NCBI GenBank assembly: GCA_039679805.1
Contig: JBDKUD010000215.1
Span: 1 to 54,086, forward strand
From: Syntrophomonas sp.
Lineage (GTDB): Bacteria > Bacillota > Syntrophomonadia > Syntrophomonadales > Syntrophomonadaceae
Length of the DNA stretch: 54,086 nt
Direction: 5' to 3'
A program made the position numbers and the translations under genes. Each line of letters opens with the position of its first letter. The first letter of the stretch is position 1. Under the pieces are notes generated by a model. It ran no database searches, was not told the DNA's origin, and saw nothing but the letters and a program-made list of their open reading frames with translations. Shown here piece after piece: positions 9,626 to 19,127 of the stretch.

Positions 9626-11134
9626 ATGTACATTAATGAATGCATATCTATAATTCCTAAAGCACTAACTATTGCTGGTTCCGATTGCGGAGGTGGTGCA
9701 GGAATTCAGGCGGATTTAAGGACTTTTGCTGTTCTAGGTGCTTATGGCAGCAGTGTTATTACGGCAATGACCGCTCAAAATACCCAGGGCGTCCGGGATA
9801 CCACGGGAATCGCTCCTGAAATGGTTGAGCAACAATTGAACGCTGTTCTAAGTGATATTGGTACCGGGGCGGTAAAGACCGGGATGTTATATGACTCAGC
9901 CATTATTGAGATCGTTGCTGAAAGGTTAAAAAATTATAAGGTTCCATATTTGATAATTGATCCGGTAATGCGGTCAACCAGTGGTCATGAACTATTAGAT
10001 TCCCCAGGAATAGAAGTATTGCGTAAGAAACTATTGCCCATTGCTAATATGGTCACTCCCAATGTTGAGGAAGCGTCGGTTTTATGTGGTTTTACTATTA
10101 ATGATGGTGCAGATTTGGCCAAAGCAGCGCGGGAGATTGCTATGATGGGACCTAATCAGGTCATAATTACCGGGATTAAACGCGGAAACCGGTGTATCGA
10201 GTTTTGTTATGAAAATCAGAGTTATTATGAAGTTGACGGTCCCTGGCTTGATACTCCCAACACTCATGGAACCGGATGTTCGTTTTCCGCTGCACTAACC
10301 GCTTTAATAGCTAAAGGAATGAGACCGCGTGAGGCTATTGAGCTGGCCAAAAAATATGTGACGGCTGGACTCAGGTATTCATATGGAGTTGGAAATGGTA
10401 AAGGACCGCTTAATCATCTGGCAGCTTTCTTCCCGGGTCATGTTGACGATGTCGATGTTTTAGAAGTTCGTTATCAAGCATTTAATGGTTGGGGTGAGAA
10501 AGTTGAACTTGGAAATCGGCCTGTACTCAATGTAATTATTGGCGGTCCGCTTTGTAAAGGCAAGGACTATGGTGAATTAACCAGGATGGCGGTTCAGAAT
10601 GGAGCTCGGTTGATTCAATTACGGGAAAAAGAGGGCGATACCAAACAGCTGGTTGATATGGCCAGCGAAATGTGTAGGGTGTGCCATGAGAATAATGCTC
10701 TTTTTGTGGTAAATGATCGTGTTGATGTGGCGCTTGCTTCTGGCGCAGATGGTGTTCATATCGGACAGGATGATCTGGCACCCAAAATGGCCCGGGCATT
10801 GCTGGGACCCGAGAAAATTATTGGGGTATCGGTAGGAAATGTTGCTGAAGCTGAAATAGCTTTAGCCGATGGTGCTGATTATCTGGGAGTAGGGCCTGTT
10901 TATCCTACGATTAGTAAAGAATGCAGATTTGAGGCTTGTGGTTCTGAATTAATAAACGATATTGTAACCCGGGTACCTCTTCCGGTCATTGCTATTGGTG
11001 GAATTACACCGGAAAATACCCCTCCCATTCTTAAGGCAGGAGCTGCAGGAGTGGCGGTTATCTCATCCATCCTGGGTGCGCCAAAACCGGAAGACGTTAT
11101 ACAAGGGTTTATGCAATCATTTCAGCAGGATTAA
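9626..11134 (+). CDS. thiDE: Bifunctional hydroxymethylpyrimidine/phosphomethylpyrimidine kinase and thiamine-phosphate synthase (ThiD-ThiE fusion)
   Basis: 502 aa. The N-terminal half has ThiD motifs (LTIAGSDCGGGAGIQADL, HGTGCSFSAAL). The C-terminal half is ThiE-like (IQLREK...NDRVD.A....ADGVHIGQDD...GVGPVYPT). Confidence 0.9.
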   Translation: MYINECISIIPKALTIAGSDCGGGAGIQADLRTFAVLGAYGSSVITAMTAQNTQGVRDTTGIAPEMVEQQLNAVLSDIGTGAVKTGMLYDSAIIEIVAERLKNYKVPYLIIDPVMRSTSGHELLDSPGIEVLRKKLLPIANMVTPNVEEASVLCGFTINDGADLAKAAREIAMMGPNQVIITGIKRGNRCIEFCYENQSYYEVDGPWLDTPNTHGTGCSFSAALTALIAKGMRPREAIELAKKYVTAGLRYSYGVGNGKGPLNHLAAFFPGHVDDVDVLEVRYQAFNGWGEKVELGNRPVLNVIIGGPLCKGKDYGELTRMAVQNGARLIQLREKEGDTKQLVDMASEMCRVCHENNALFVVNDRVDVALASGADGVHIGQDDLAPKMARALLGPEKIIGVSVGNVAEAEIALADGADYLGVGPVYPTISKECRFEACGSELINDIVTRVPLPVIAIGGITPENTPPILKAGAAGVAVISSILGAPKPEDVIQGFMQSFQQD

Positions 11135-11153
11135 TATTTGAGGAGGAACAATA

Positions 11154-12452
11154 ATGACACAGCTAGAGAAAGCCAGACGCGGGGAAATTACTGCCCAGAT
11201 GCACGAGGTGGCCGAACGTGAAGGAATAGCAGCGGAAACAATTCGCAGACTGGTTGCCAGTGGACAGGTAGTTATTCCCTATAACCAAAACCATAAGGGT
11301 CTTAAAGCATACGGTATAGGAACAGGTTTAAGCACCAAGGTTAATGCTAACTTGGGAACATCGCAGGTTTTTCCGGAATGGAAAAATGAAATTACCAAAT
11401 TAGAGGTAGCACTGGCCGCCGGGGCCGATGCGGTAATGGATTTAAGTACGGGGGGAGAATTACAGGCTTGCCGTCAGCAGATTTTAGCCAGATGTCCGGT
11501 GCCTGTAGGTACAGTGCCGGTTTATGAAGCGGCGGTCAGAACTCGGAATAAGAATATACTGGTCGTGGACATGGATCCCGATGATCTTTTTGCAGTAATT
11601 GAGGAACAGGCTGCCGAAGGGGTAGATTTTATTACTGTCCACTGCGGAGTTACTCTTAGTATTGTAGAAAAATTAAGAGACAATCCGCGCCTATTGGGAA
11701 TTGTTAGCCGGGGTGGAGCCATGATGGCCGGCTGGATGCTGCATCAGAAAAAGGAAAATCCATTATATGCACAGTTTGATCGGTTGCTGGAGATTTGCAA
11801 GGTTAATGATGTTACCTTGAGTCTGGGTGATGGGCTCCGGCCGGGTTGTCTGGAAGACGCAACAGATAGTGCTCAAATTGAAGAATTGATAACTTTAGGA
11901 TACCTGGTGGAACGTGCCCGTGCCGCAGAAGTACAAGTTATGGTGGAAGGACCGGGACATGTACCATATGATCAGATTGAGGCTAATATGATACTGCAGA
12001 AGAGACTTTGTCATAATGCACCTTTTTATGTATTGGGACCTCTGGTTACTGACGTAGCTGCCGGATACGATCACATAGCCGGTGCTATCGGAGGCACTCT
12101 GGCTGCTGCTGCTGGAGCCGATTTCTTGTGTTATGTTACTCCCTCAGAACATCTGGGCTTACCGACTGCTGAAGATGTCCATGAAGGAATAATGGCATCA
12201 AGAATCGCCGCTCATGCTGCTGATATCGTTAAGGGAGTAGCCGGTGCCCGCGAACGGGATCGGGCTATGGCTGAAGCCCGCCGGGATCTAGATTGGGAAA
12301 AACAGATGCAACTGGCACTTGACTCTGACCGGGCTCGTAAAATTCGAAAAGCACGCAACCCGGTGGAGCAGGATGTTTGTTCCATGTGTGGTGAATTTTG
12401 CGCTATTGATATGGTTAATCGTTATATGAAGACAGGATGTAATAGGGCGTAA
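11154..12452 (+). CDS. thiC: Phosphomethylpyrimidine synthase
   Basis: 432 aa. ThiC motifs VMVEGPGHVP, YVLGPLVTD.A.GYDHI and the C-terminal CSMCGEFCA cluster motif. Confidence 0.95.
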   Translation: MTQLEKARRGEITAQMHEVAEREGIAAETIRRLVASGQVVIPYNQNHKGLKAYGIGTGLSTKVNANLGTSQVFPEWKNEITKLEVALAAGADAVMDLSTGGELQACRQQILARCPVPVGTVPVYEAAVRTRNKNILVVDMDPDDLFAVIEEQAAEGVDFITVHCGVTLSIVEKLRDNPRLLGIVSRGGAMMAGWMLHQKKENPLYAQFDRLLEICKVNDVTLSLGDGLRPGCLEDATDSAQIEELITLGYLVERARAAEVQVMVEGPGHVPYDQIEANMILQKRLCHNAPFYVLGPLVTDVAAGYDHIAGAIGGTLAAAAGADFLCYVTPSEHLGLPTAEDVHEGIMASRIAAHAADIVKGVAGARERDRAMAEARRDLDWEKQMQLALDSDRARKIRKARNPVEQDVCSMCGEFCAIDMVNRYMKTGCNRA

Positions 12453-12504
12453 GGGGTTAGGAGTAAGGTGTGAGGTGTAAAATACCCCTAACCCCTTACA
12501 CCTC

Positions 12505-13290
12505 ATGCCTCACTTACTTATTGGAAGGATGACTGGTTTGAAGATTAAAACTATTACCACCTGGTGGCATGAAACTGACAACCTTATAATTCGTGATGTT
12601 CCAGTAACTTCAACCATAGTGGAAATGGATAAACAACTTATAATAATCGATACTGGGATGGTGGGAAACGATCAACTATTGGAAGAACTCGGGGATCTGG
12701 GTTATTGTCCGTCAGATTTTACTATGGTCATCAATACTCATCTGCACTGTGACCATATCGGAGGCAACCGTGTTTTTACTAAGGCTCGTATTTTGATTAG
12801 CCGGCAGGAGTTAGATTACGAGGAGAATTTTGCCCGAGCTTTACAGCAAAGTGATGATCCGGTAGCCACTTTGCGATCTCTAGGACGTAACATTGATGAG
12901 AGTTCCACTAAAACTGCCTGGGATGTGAAACAAGCCCAGGATGAATGGCCAGCTTCGTTATTGGTGGGAGACCAGGCTCAAATCGAGTTTTTTGAGGATA
13001 ACCCGATTTTGCCAGATAATTTTTCCTTTATAAGGGTTCCTGGTCATACAGTAGACAGCCGGGCGGTAATAATCAACGGCTCTGCCAATCAGATTGCAGT
13101 TACGGGTGATGCCTTTTATCATCGGGACTTGTGGTCAGTAAGCGTAGCCGGAATTAATTATGATGATAGTCTCTTCCAGCAGAATGCGGAACGTCTATCC
13201 CATTTTAAAGGCATAATAATTCCTGGCCATGACCATGCCTTTGATAATTCGAACGGAAAATACTTAATTGAGGATACTTTTGAAGTGTGA
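12505..13290 (+). CDS. MBL-fold metallo-hydrolase
   Basis: HLHCDHIGG (HxHxDH) motif and downstream PGHT / PGHDH histidines. The exact start is uncertain: there is no good RBS at 12505, and 12529 and 12538 are alternatives. Confidence 0.7.
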   Translation: MPHLLIGRMTGLKIKTITTWWHETDNLIIRDVPVTSTIVEMDKQLIIIDTGMVGNDQLLEELGDLGYCPSDFTMVINTHLHCDHIGGNRVFTKARILISRQELDYEENFARALQQSDDPVATLRSLGRNIDESSTKTAWDVKQAQDEWPASLLVGDQAQIEFFEDNPILPDNFSFIRVPGHTVDSRAVIINGSANQIAVTGDAFYHRDLWSVSVAGINYDDSLFQQNAERLSHFKGIIIPGHDHAFDNSNGKYLIEDTFEV

Positions 13291-13323
13291 TTATACCGGA
13301 ATATATGAAAGAAGGTTAAAGCT

Positions 13324-13614
13324 ATGGCGGAAGCAAATTTGAGCTTGCAGGTGTTACCTATTGTTGAAGAAGATAAAGTATATAGTATGGTGGACAAAGT
13401 TATAAATATCATAATAGAATCAGGGTTAAAATATGTGGTAGGTCCTATGGAAACTACGGTCGAAGGTGACCTTGACACCCTGCTGGAGCTGGTAAGAAAA
13501 TCGCAGGAAGTTCTTAAAGAAGCTGGTGTTCCGCGCGTGGTGTCGGTGGTTAAGATAGATTATAAGCCAGATGGAGTGACCATGGATGAAAAAGTCGGCA
13601 AATATCGCCAATAA
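13324..13614 (+). CDS. MTH1187/YkoF-family (DUF77) thiamine-binding protein
   Basis: 96 aa. The LQVLP...GLKYVVGPMETTVEGDLD pattern is typical of the family. It sits inside the thiamine operon next to the ABC importer. Confidence 0.7.
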   Translation: MAEANLSLQVLPIVEEDKVYSMVDKVINIIIESGLKYVVGPMETTVEGDLDTLLELVRKSQEVLKEAGVPRVVSVVKIDYKPDGVTMDEKVGKYRQ

Positions 13615-14362
13615 ATTAGCACCCTATATAGCATTTATTTTGCTATTGGTAGTATGGGAAATATCCGTAAGGATATACAAAACCCCAGAATATATATTGC
13701 CTGGTCCTATCAAAATAATAAATACACTCGGGGCAAGTTATTCCTTACTTTCGGTGCATACTGCCACTACCGTAATGGAAGCATTGTTGGGGTTTAGTCT
13801 GTCTATAATTTTCGCATTTGTGGTGGGCTTCTTGCTTACCAGTATCAAGTGGTTGAATCAGGCCTTGTATCCAATGTTAATCGTATCTCAGACTATACCG
13901 ATTATAACTCTGGCACCACTTTTTTTGATTTGGTTTGGATGGGGAATTCTACCCAAGATAATTGTAGTAGTACTAGTATGCTTTTTCCCGGTGGTCATAA
14001 GCCTAATAAAGGGGCTTTCATCGGTTGACCCTGACTTGCTTAATCTATTTCGCTCAATGGGGGCCAGTCGGATAGCTACTTTTAAAATGGTCAAACTCCC
14101 ATCAGCAATGCCGGTTTTCTTTTCCGGTTTGAAAATATCAGCCTCCTACAGTATTATGGCGGCGGTAATCGGAGAGTGGTTGGGGGCTAATCGGGGTTTG
14201 GGGTATTATATGACTATTTCCCAGAAATCTTTTAGAGTAGACCAAGTGCTGGCGGCGGTTGTGGTTATTGCTATAGTAAGCTTGTTAATGGTTAAGGTTA
14301 TTGACCTGGCTGAATGGCTGCTGGTTCCCTGGAACCGAAATAATCAGGAATTAGACAGATAA
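13586..14362 (+). CDS. ABC transporter permease (NitT/TauT family, ThiX-like)
   Basis: 258 aa with multiple TM helices. Overlaps the upstream gene by 29 nt. It sits next to an NMT1/THI5-type binding protein and an ATPase. Confidence 0.85.
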   Translation: MKKSANIANKLAPYIAFILLLVVWEISVRIYKTPEYILPGPIKIINTLGASYSLLSVHTATTVMEALLGFSLSIIFAFVVGFLLTSIKWLNQALYPMLIVSQTIPIITLAPLFLIWFGWGILPKIIVVVLVCFFPVVISLIKGLSSVDPDLLNLFRSMGASRIATFKMVKLPSAMPVFFSGLKISASYSIMAAVIGEWLGANRGLGYYMTISQKSFRVDQVLAAVVVIAIVSLLMVKVIDLAEWLLVPWNRNNQELDR

Positions 14363-14389
14363 TTATGGATTTATAAGGAGGAATGACTA

Positions 14390-15391
14390 ATGAAAAAGTC
14401 GGTAGTTTTCATGCTCATACTAAGTTTGTTGGCAGTTTCTCTAGTGGGTTGCCAGTCTACTGAAAAAGCTAAGAATACTAAGAAAACGGCACCCAAACAA
14501 AAAGTAACCATAATGCTGGATTGGTTCCCCAATACTAACCATACCGGCCTTTATGTAGCCAAAGATAAGGGCTATTTTGCCGAAGAGGGTTTGGATGTAG
14601 AAATTGTACAACCTGCTGAGGGGGGTAATCCGCAGCTGGTGGCTTCCGGAAAAAGCGATTTTGCCGTGAGCTACCAGGAAGAAGTAACTGTGGCCCGTTC
14701 ACAAAACATTCCTGTAGTGGCTATAGCGGCAGTTATACAGCATAATACCTCTGGTTTTGCTTCTCCGGTAGGAAAAAATATTAAAACCCCCAAAGATTTC
14801 GAAGGTAAAACTTATGGGGGCTGGGGATCTCCTTCTGAAACCGCTATGATTCAAGCTTTGATGAAGAAATATGGAGCTGACTTCAATAAGGTTAATATAG
14901 TTAACATCGGTTCAGCAGATTTCTTTTCCAGTGTGGAGAAGAATATCGATTTCTCATGGATATTCCAGGGATGGACTGGTATTGAAGCTGAAACTAAAGG
15001 CATGAAGTTAAATTTCATCAGTTTACGGGATGAAGATAAAGCGCTGGACTATTATACCCCGGTTATTATTACCAGTGAGAAGAATATTGCCGACAACCCG
15101 GAACTGGTTAAAAAATTCATGAGAGCTACTTCGAAGTGCTACCAGTTTGCCATCAAAAATCCCGACCAAGCTGCCCAGATCCTAATTAAAAACGTACCTG
15201 AAATAAATAAAACTCTGGTACAAAAAAGCCAGAAATATATGGCGGATCAATACCAAGCAGATGCTAAACGCTGGGGCGAAATGAAACCTGAAGTATGGCA
15301 AAACTACACAGAGTTTATGATTAACTATAAATTGCTGGAAAAGAATATTGATGTCAATAAGGCTTTTACCAATGATTTCCTGTCAGAATAG
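14390..15391 (+). CDS. ABC substrate-binding lipoprotein, NMT1/THI5-like (ThiY-like, pyrimidine-precursor binding)
   Basis: Signal peptide with lipobox [29 protein letters not shown] is typical of the NMT1/THI5 family. Confidence 0.8.
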   Translation: MKKSVVFMLILSLLAVSLVGCQSTEKAKNTKKTAPKQKVTIMLDWFPNTNHTGLYVAKDKGYFAEEGLDVEIVQPAEGGNPQLVASGKSDFAVSYQEEVTVARSQNIPVVAIAAVIQHNTSGFASPVGKNIKTPKDFEGKTYGGWGSPSETAMIQALMKKYGADFNKVNIVNIGSADFFSSVEKNIDFSWIFQGWTGIEAETKGMKLNFISLRDEDKALDYYTPVIITSEKNIADNPELVKKFMRATSKCYQFAIKNPDQAAQILIKNVPEINKTLVQKSQKYMADQYQADAKRWGEMKPEVWQNYTEFMINYKLLEKNIDVNKAFTNDFLSE

Positions 15392-15402
15392 GAGTAAAAC
15401 CT

Positions 15403-16149
15403 GTGGCTATAAAAGTCTGCAATGTGAGTAAAACCCTGGATAACTTATTTACCCTGAATGATATTTCTCTGGCTGTTAATTGCAACGAGTTTGTGGTAAT
15501 TCTTGGACCCAGCGGTTGTGGCAAGAGTACTTTGCTGAATATAATATCTGGGTTAATTGTTCCAGATAAGGGGCGGGTAGAGATAGATGGCAGGGATTGG
15601 ACCGGGCGTACCGGTCGGATAAGTTATATGCAACAGAAGGATTTACTACTACCTTCCAAAAATATTCTTGATAACGTATCACTGCCATTAGTTCTTAAGG
15701 GTATGGACAAAAAACGGGCTCGTGAGAAAGCTGGTACTTATATGGGTGATTTCGGATTAGCGGGATTTGAAAAATATTACCCGCGCCAGCTTTCCGGGGG
15801 TATGCGCCAGCGGGCAGCATTGTTACGCACCTATTTATTTACCAGTGATATTATGGTGTTAGATGAACCTTTTGCCGGGTTGGACGCTATAACCAGAAGG
15901 AAAATGCAGATGTGGTTAAAAGAACTGTGTAAAAGCTATCGACCGTCGGTATTATTCGTAACGCATGATATTGATGAAGCATTAATGCTGGCTGACAGTA
16001 TTTATGTCTTTTCTTCCCGGCCGGCCAGGGTGATTCTACATTTGAGAAAAACATCCCCTGCTGATACCGAACAGTTTAAAAAAGAGATATTGTCTGTTCT
16101 GGAAATTGATGAATTTAACCAGGCGGATGGTGTAAGAGAGGAAGTATAA
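15403..16149 (+). CDS. ABC transporter ATP-binding protein (ThiZ-like)
   Basis: GTG start. Walker A GPSGCGKST, signature LSGGMRQR, Walker B IMVLDEP. Confidence 0.9.
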   Translation: MAIKVCNVSKTLDNLFTLNDISLAVNCNEFVVILGPSGCGKSTLLNIISGLIVPDKGRVEIDGRDWTGRTGRISYMQQKDLLLPSKNILDNVSLPLVLKGMDKKRAREKAGTYMGDFGLAGFEKYYPRQLSGGMRQRAALLRTYLFTSDIMVLDEPFAGLDAITRRKMQMWLKELCKSYRPSVLFVTHDIDEALMLADSIYVFSSRPARVILHLRKTSPADTEQFKKEILSVLEIDEFNQADGVREEV

Positions 16150-16152
16150 GAG

Positions 16153-16968
16153 ATGATAGAAAAGTGTGCTGAAATATGGGATGAGGTAAGGGTAAAACAT
16201 CCTTTGATTCACTGTATAACTAACTATGTTACTATTAATGCCGTTGCTAATGTAATACTCGCCAGCGGGGCTTCACCGGCTATGGCTGAAAACCCTTCAG
16301 AGACTCGGGATTTTGCGGCTATTGCCCAAGCATTGTATCTAAATGTGGGAACTCTAACTGTTGAGCAGGAACTGGCTATGATTGAGGCCATTAAAGGCGC
16401 AAATGCACACTCGGTGCCGGTAGTGGTTGACCCGGTAGCCTGCGGAGTTATACCCCGGAAGTTGGAGGTAATAAATAAACTGAGTAAATCAGGTAAAATA
16501 GGCTGCTATAAGGGTAACATTGCTGAGATTAAATTCCTGGCAGGAGTTGAGTCTCAGGCCCGCGGGGTTGATTCATTGGACAGTGGTGAGGGATTGGAAC
16601 AGGCCTGCCTGGCTTTGGCCCGGAAAGAACAACTGGTGGTTGCTGCTACGGGAGAGATTGATGTAGTGGCTGATACCCAAAATGTTGCTCGTTTAAACAA
16701 CGGTACGCACTTGTTTGAATATATTACTGGAGCAGGATGTATGGTTGGCGGAGTAGTGGCAGCATGTATTGGAGCAGTGCCGGCAGAACCCTGGCTGGCA
16801 ACAATAACAGCTCTTACGGCCTTTAATATTGCTGGAGAAAGGGCCGCAAAGATTTCCGGAGATGCCCCAGGTACTTTCCACAGCTTGCTATTCGATAAGC
16901 TTTTCCAACTTAAGGGAGCGGATATTGGGAAAGAGGCCAGGGTGGAATGGCTTAAAACTGAGGGCTAA
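16153..16968 (+). CDS. thiM: Hydroxyethylthiazole kinase
   Basis: 271 aa. PLIHCITNYVTINAVANVILASGASPAM and DPV..G motifs are characteristic of ThiM. Confidence 0.9.
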   Translation: MIEKCAEIWDEVRVKHPLIHCITNYVTINAVANVILASGASPAMAENPSETRDFAAIAQALYLNVGTLTVEQELAMIEAIKGANAHSVPVVVDPVACGVIPRKLEVINKLSKSGKIGCYKGNIAEIKFLAGVESQARGVDSLDSGEGLEQACLALARKEQLVVAATGEIDVVADTQNVARLNNGTHLFEYITGAGCMVGGVVAACIGAVPAEPWLATITALTAFNIAGERAAKISGDAPGTFHSLLFDKLFQLKGADIGKEARVEWLKTEG

Positions 16969-16973
16969 TTTAT

Positions 16974-17621
16974 ATGAACAAAAAACTAATGATTTTTACC
17001 GACTTTGACGGAACCATAACTACCGAAGATGTATGTGCTGCCATGGTACTAACTTATGCCAGTGAAGGCTGGGAAGAAGTAAATCAGCTATGGATGGATG
17101 GGGTAGTCTCAACCGAGGAGTGTGCTCAAAAAACACTGGACCTTATGGACGTAACACCAGAGGAATTAGAGTTATTGTTCCAGGAAGCTATAATAGATAA
17201 AACTTTTCCCGCCTTCCTGGTATGGCTTGAGCAAAATGAATATCCACTTAGTATTGTAAGTGACGGTTATGACAATTATATTAAAGTTATTTTGGAGAAA
17301 AACGGAATTAATGTGCCCTATCATGCCAATCATTTGGATTATGAAGATGGCTGGAAGATCAAGTGTTCCTATTTGTTTACTGATTGCCAGAAATGTGGAG
17401 TATGCAAGACAAAAATCATCGAAAGTTTATTAAAGCCTGGATACACAAGTGTTTATATAGGGGATGGATATTCAGATATTTGCCCGGCTGACAAATGCGA
17501 TATCCTTTTTGCTAAAAAATATCTGGCTGAATATTGTAAAGAAAAGGGCATTCCGTTTTATCCCTATCAAAATTTTAGTGATGTAAAAACTAAGCTGCAG
17601 GAGTTATTTGATATTAGTTAA
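16974..17621 (+). CDS. HAD-IB family phosphatase (MtnX-like)
   Basis: DFDGTIT nucleophile motif near the N-terminus and GDGYSD motif IV; 215 aa. It is the last gene of the thiamine operon. Confidence 0.75.
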   Translation: MNKKLMIFTDFDGTITTEDVCAAMVLTYASEGWEEVNQLWMDGVVSTEECAQKTLDLMDVTPEELELLFQEAIIDKTFPAFLVWLEQNEYPLSIVSDGYDNYIKVILEKNGINVPYHANHLDYEDGWKIKCSYLFTDCQKCGVCKTKIIESLLKPGYTSVYIGDGYSDICPADKCDILFAKKYLAEYCKEKGIPFYPYQNFSDVKTKLQELFDIS

Positions 17622-17656
17622 CTATCCCATAGATTGCATTTTCCCCCGACCAACAG

Positions 17657-17688
17657 GCCAATCGCCGAAAGACGGTTGGCTTTGTTTT
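17657..17688 (+). terminator. Intrinsic terminator after the thiamine operon
   Basis: GCCAATCGCC-GAAA-GACGGTTGGC stem-loop followed by TTTGTTTT. It lies between convergent genes. Confidence 0.75.
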
Positions 17689-17748
17689 AGGTTTAACTGG
17701 AAAAAAGGAGTGTTCTATATAGCAATTAGCAGATAAGTAGAATGGATA

Positions 17749-18873
17749 CTATATCTTTATCCAACCTTTGTTCAATCCCAGTACCAGGGGTATACCAGCT
17801 ATAAAACCTATTGCCGGATTTATAGCTACACTCAGTACAACTACAATAATAAAGCTGAATATTTCATTATTGCCTTTTATTTTAACCGGTCGGATAAGGT
17901 CTATTCCACTGTAAAAAAGCATTCCTCCCAGAACCGCCTGAGGAATAATTTGCAACAGTTTAAGGCCGGAAGAGCCCAGGAAAATTCCAATAAATAATAA
18001 TACCATTCCAATAATAGTAATAGTCGCTCCAGTCCGTCCTCCGAACCGGTAATGGGCAGCCAGCCCGCCACTTCCGTGACATACTGGATAACCTCCCAGG
18101 GGTGCGGAAATCAAATTCCCCAATCCCAAAGTTAGACAAAGGTTTCTATCATTAACCCGGGCTGATGTATCAGGGAACAACTCGTGAGCCAAAACAGTGG
18201 TAACCAGAACTGAATTGGTAATAGTGAGCGGGAACTGAGGAAGTACTCCCAGGTAAAACCCGCGGGAAAAGTCATGCCAAGCGGGAATTATAAGATGCGG
18301 TATATTAAATCCCAACTTCAAAACAGGGAAAGTCAACTCGGGATGCAATCCAAAAGCCAGAACTGTACCCCCGATTAGCGCTACAATGGAAGCCGGGAAT
18401 TTTTTATTGTTTAATAGCAGAAGTATTACAATGAGGATTATTGCTCCCAGAGTCCAATCTGTTTTAATAAGATTAATGCCCAGAATTGCCAGACTAATCC
18501 CCAATCCGGCCTGAATACCCAGAGTTACACTTCTGGGGGTCAACCGGGCGATTTTATCAATGATACCGGTAAAATAAAGGACTAATAGAATTACCCCCAT
18601 CATAAAACCGGCTGCCGCTACTTCACCAGAGGTAAGATGATGAACTATTATAGCGGCACCGATAACCTTCATAGGCTGAACCGGTATTGGTATCCGGTAA
18701 AACCAGGCAGTAAAAAGATACATAAGACCAAACATAAAAAAGACCCCGGTTGAGTCCAGCCCGGCAATAGTTATACCCCCTATAATATAAGGAAGTAAAG
18801 TGCCCAGGTCCCCAATTGAACCGGCCAGTTCATTACTAAAGTTTTTTCCCAAGTTTAGCTGCAATGTTTTCAT
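17749..18873 (-). CDS. MOT1-family (SulP-related) putative molybdate transporter
   Basis: 374 aa and polytopic. GSIGDLGTLLPYI and IPIPVQPMKVIGAA match the MOT1 signatures as I recall them (GAMGDLGTYIPI and PMPVQPMKSIAA in plant MOT1). Confidence 0.7.
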   Translation of the reverse strand: MKTLQLNLGKNFSNELAGSIGDLGTLLPYIIGGITIAGLDSTGVFFMFGLMYLFTAWFYRIPIPVQPMKVIGAAIIVHHLTSGEVAAAGFMMGVILLVLYFTGIIDKIARLTPRSVTLGIQAGLGISLAILGINLIKTDWTLGAIILIVILLLLNNKKFPASIVALIGGTVLAFGLHPELTFPVLKLGFNIPHLIIPAWHDFSRGFYLGVLPQFPLTITNSVLVTTVLAHELFPDTSARVNDRNLCLTLGLGNLISAPLGGYPVCHGSGGLAAHYRFGGRTGATITIIGMVLLFIGIFLGSSGLKLLQIIPQAVLGGMLFYSGIDLIRPVKIKGNNEIFSFIIVVVLSVAINPAIGFIAGIPLVLGLNKGWIKI

Positions 18874-19021
18874 CCCCTAAAATTAATGTAACTGATAATA
18901 ATCATTGTAACAGAAGCCGTCCCTATGTGAAATTTTGCCCTCAATTTATCCTGAGTTTTTTAGAATCCATAAAATACATAATACAGTATGCAGGATTTTA
19001 CAATATTAAACGAGAATGATA

Positions 19022-19056
19022 AAAAGAAAAGAAAAGAAAAGAAAAGAAAAGAAAAG
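19022..19056. repeat. Pentanucleotide microsatellite (AAAAG)x7
   Basis: Perfect tandem AAAAG units read directly from the sequence. It is intergenic, about 150 nt upstream of the minus-strand transporter start. Confidence 0.95.
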
Positions 19057-19090
19057 GGTAATTTTAAACTTACTAAGAAATATTTTTATA

Positions 19091-19127
19091 AGGACTGTGT
19101 GTTTAATCAACTACAGTCCTTTTTCTT
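19091..19127 (+). terminator. Orphan intrinsic-terminator-like hairpin
   Basis: AGGACTGT / ACAGTCCT stem followed by TTTTCTT. No annotated plus-strand gene ends nearby. Confidence 0.45.

Noticed and set aside
19022-19056. The repeat tract as a possible CRISPR array or mobile-element end.
   Set aside because: The units are 5 nt long, contiguous and without spacers. No cas genes, transposase genes or inverted repeats are nearby, so it is a simple microsatellite.
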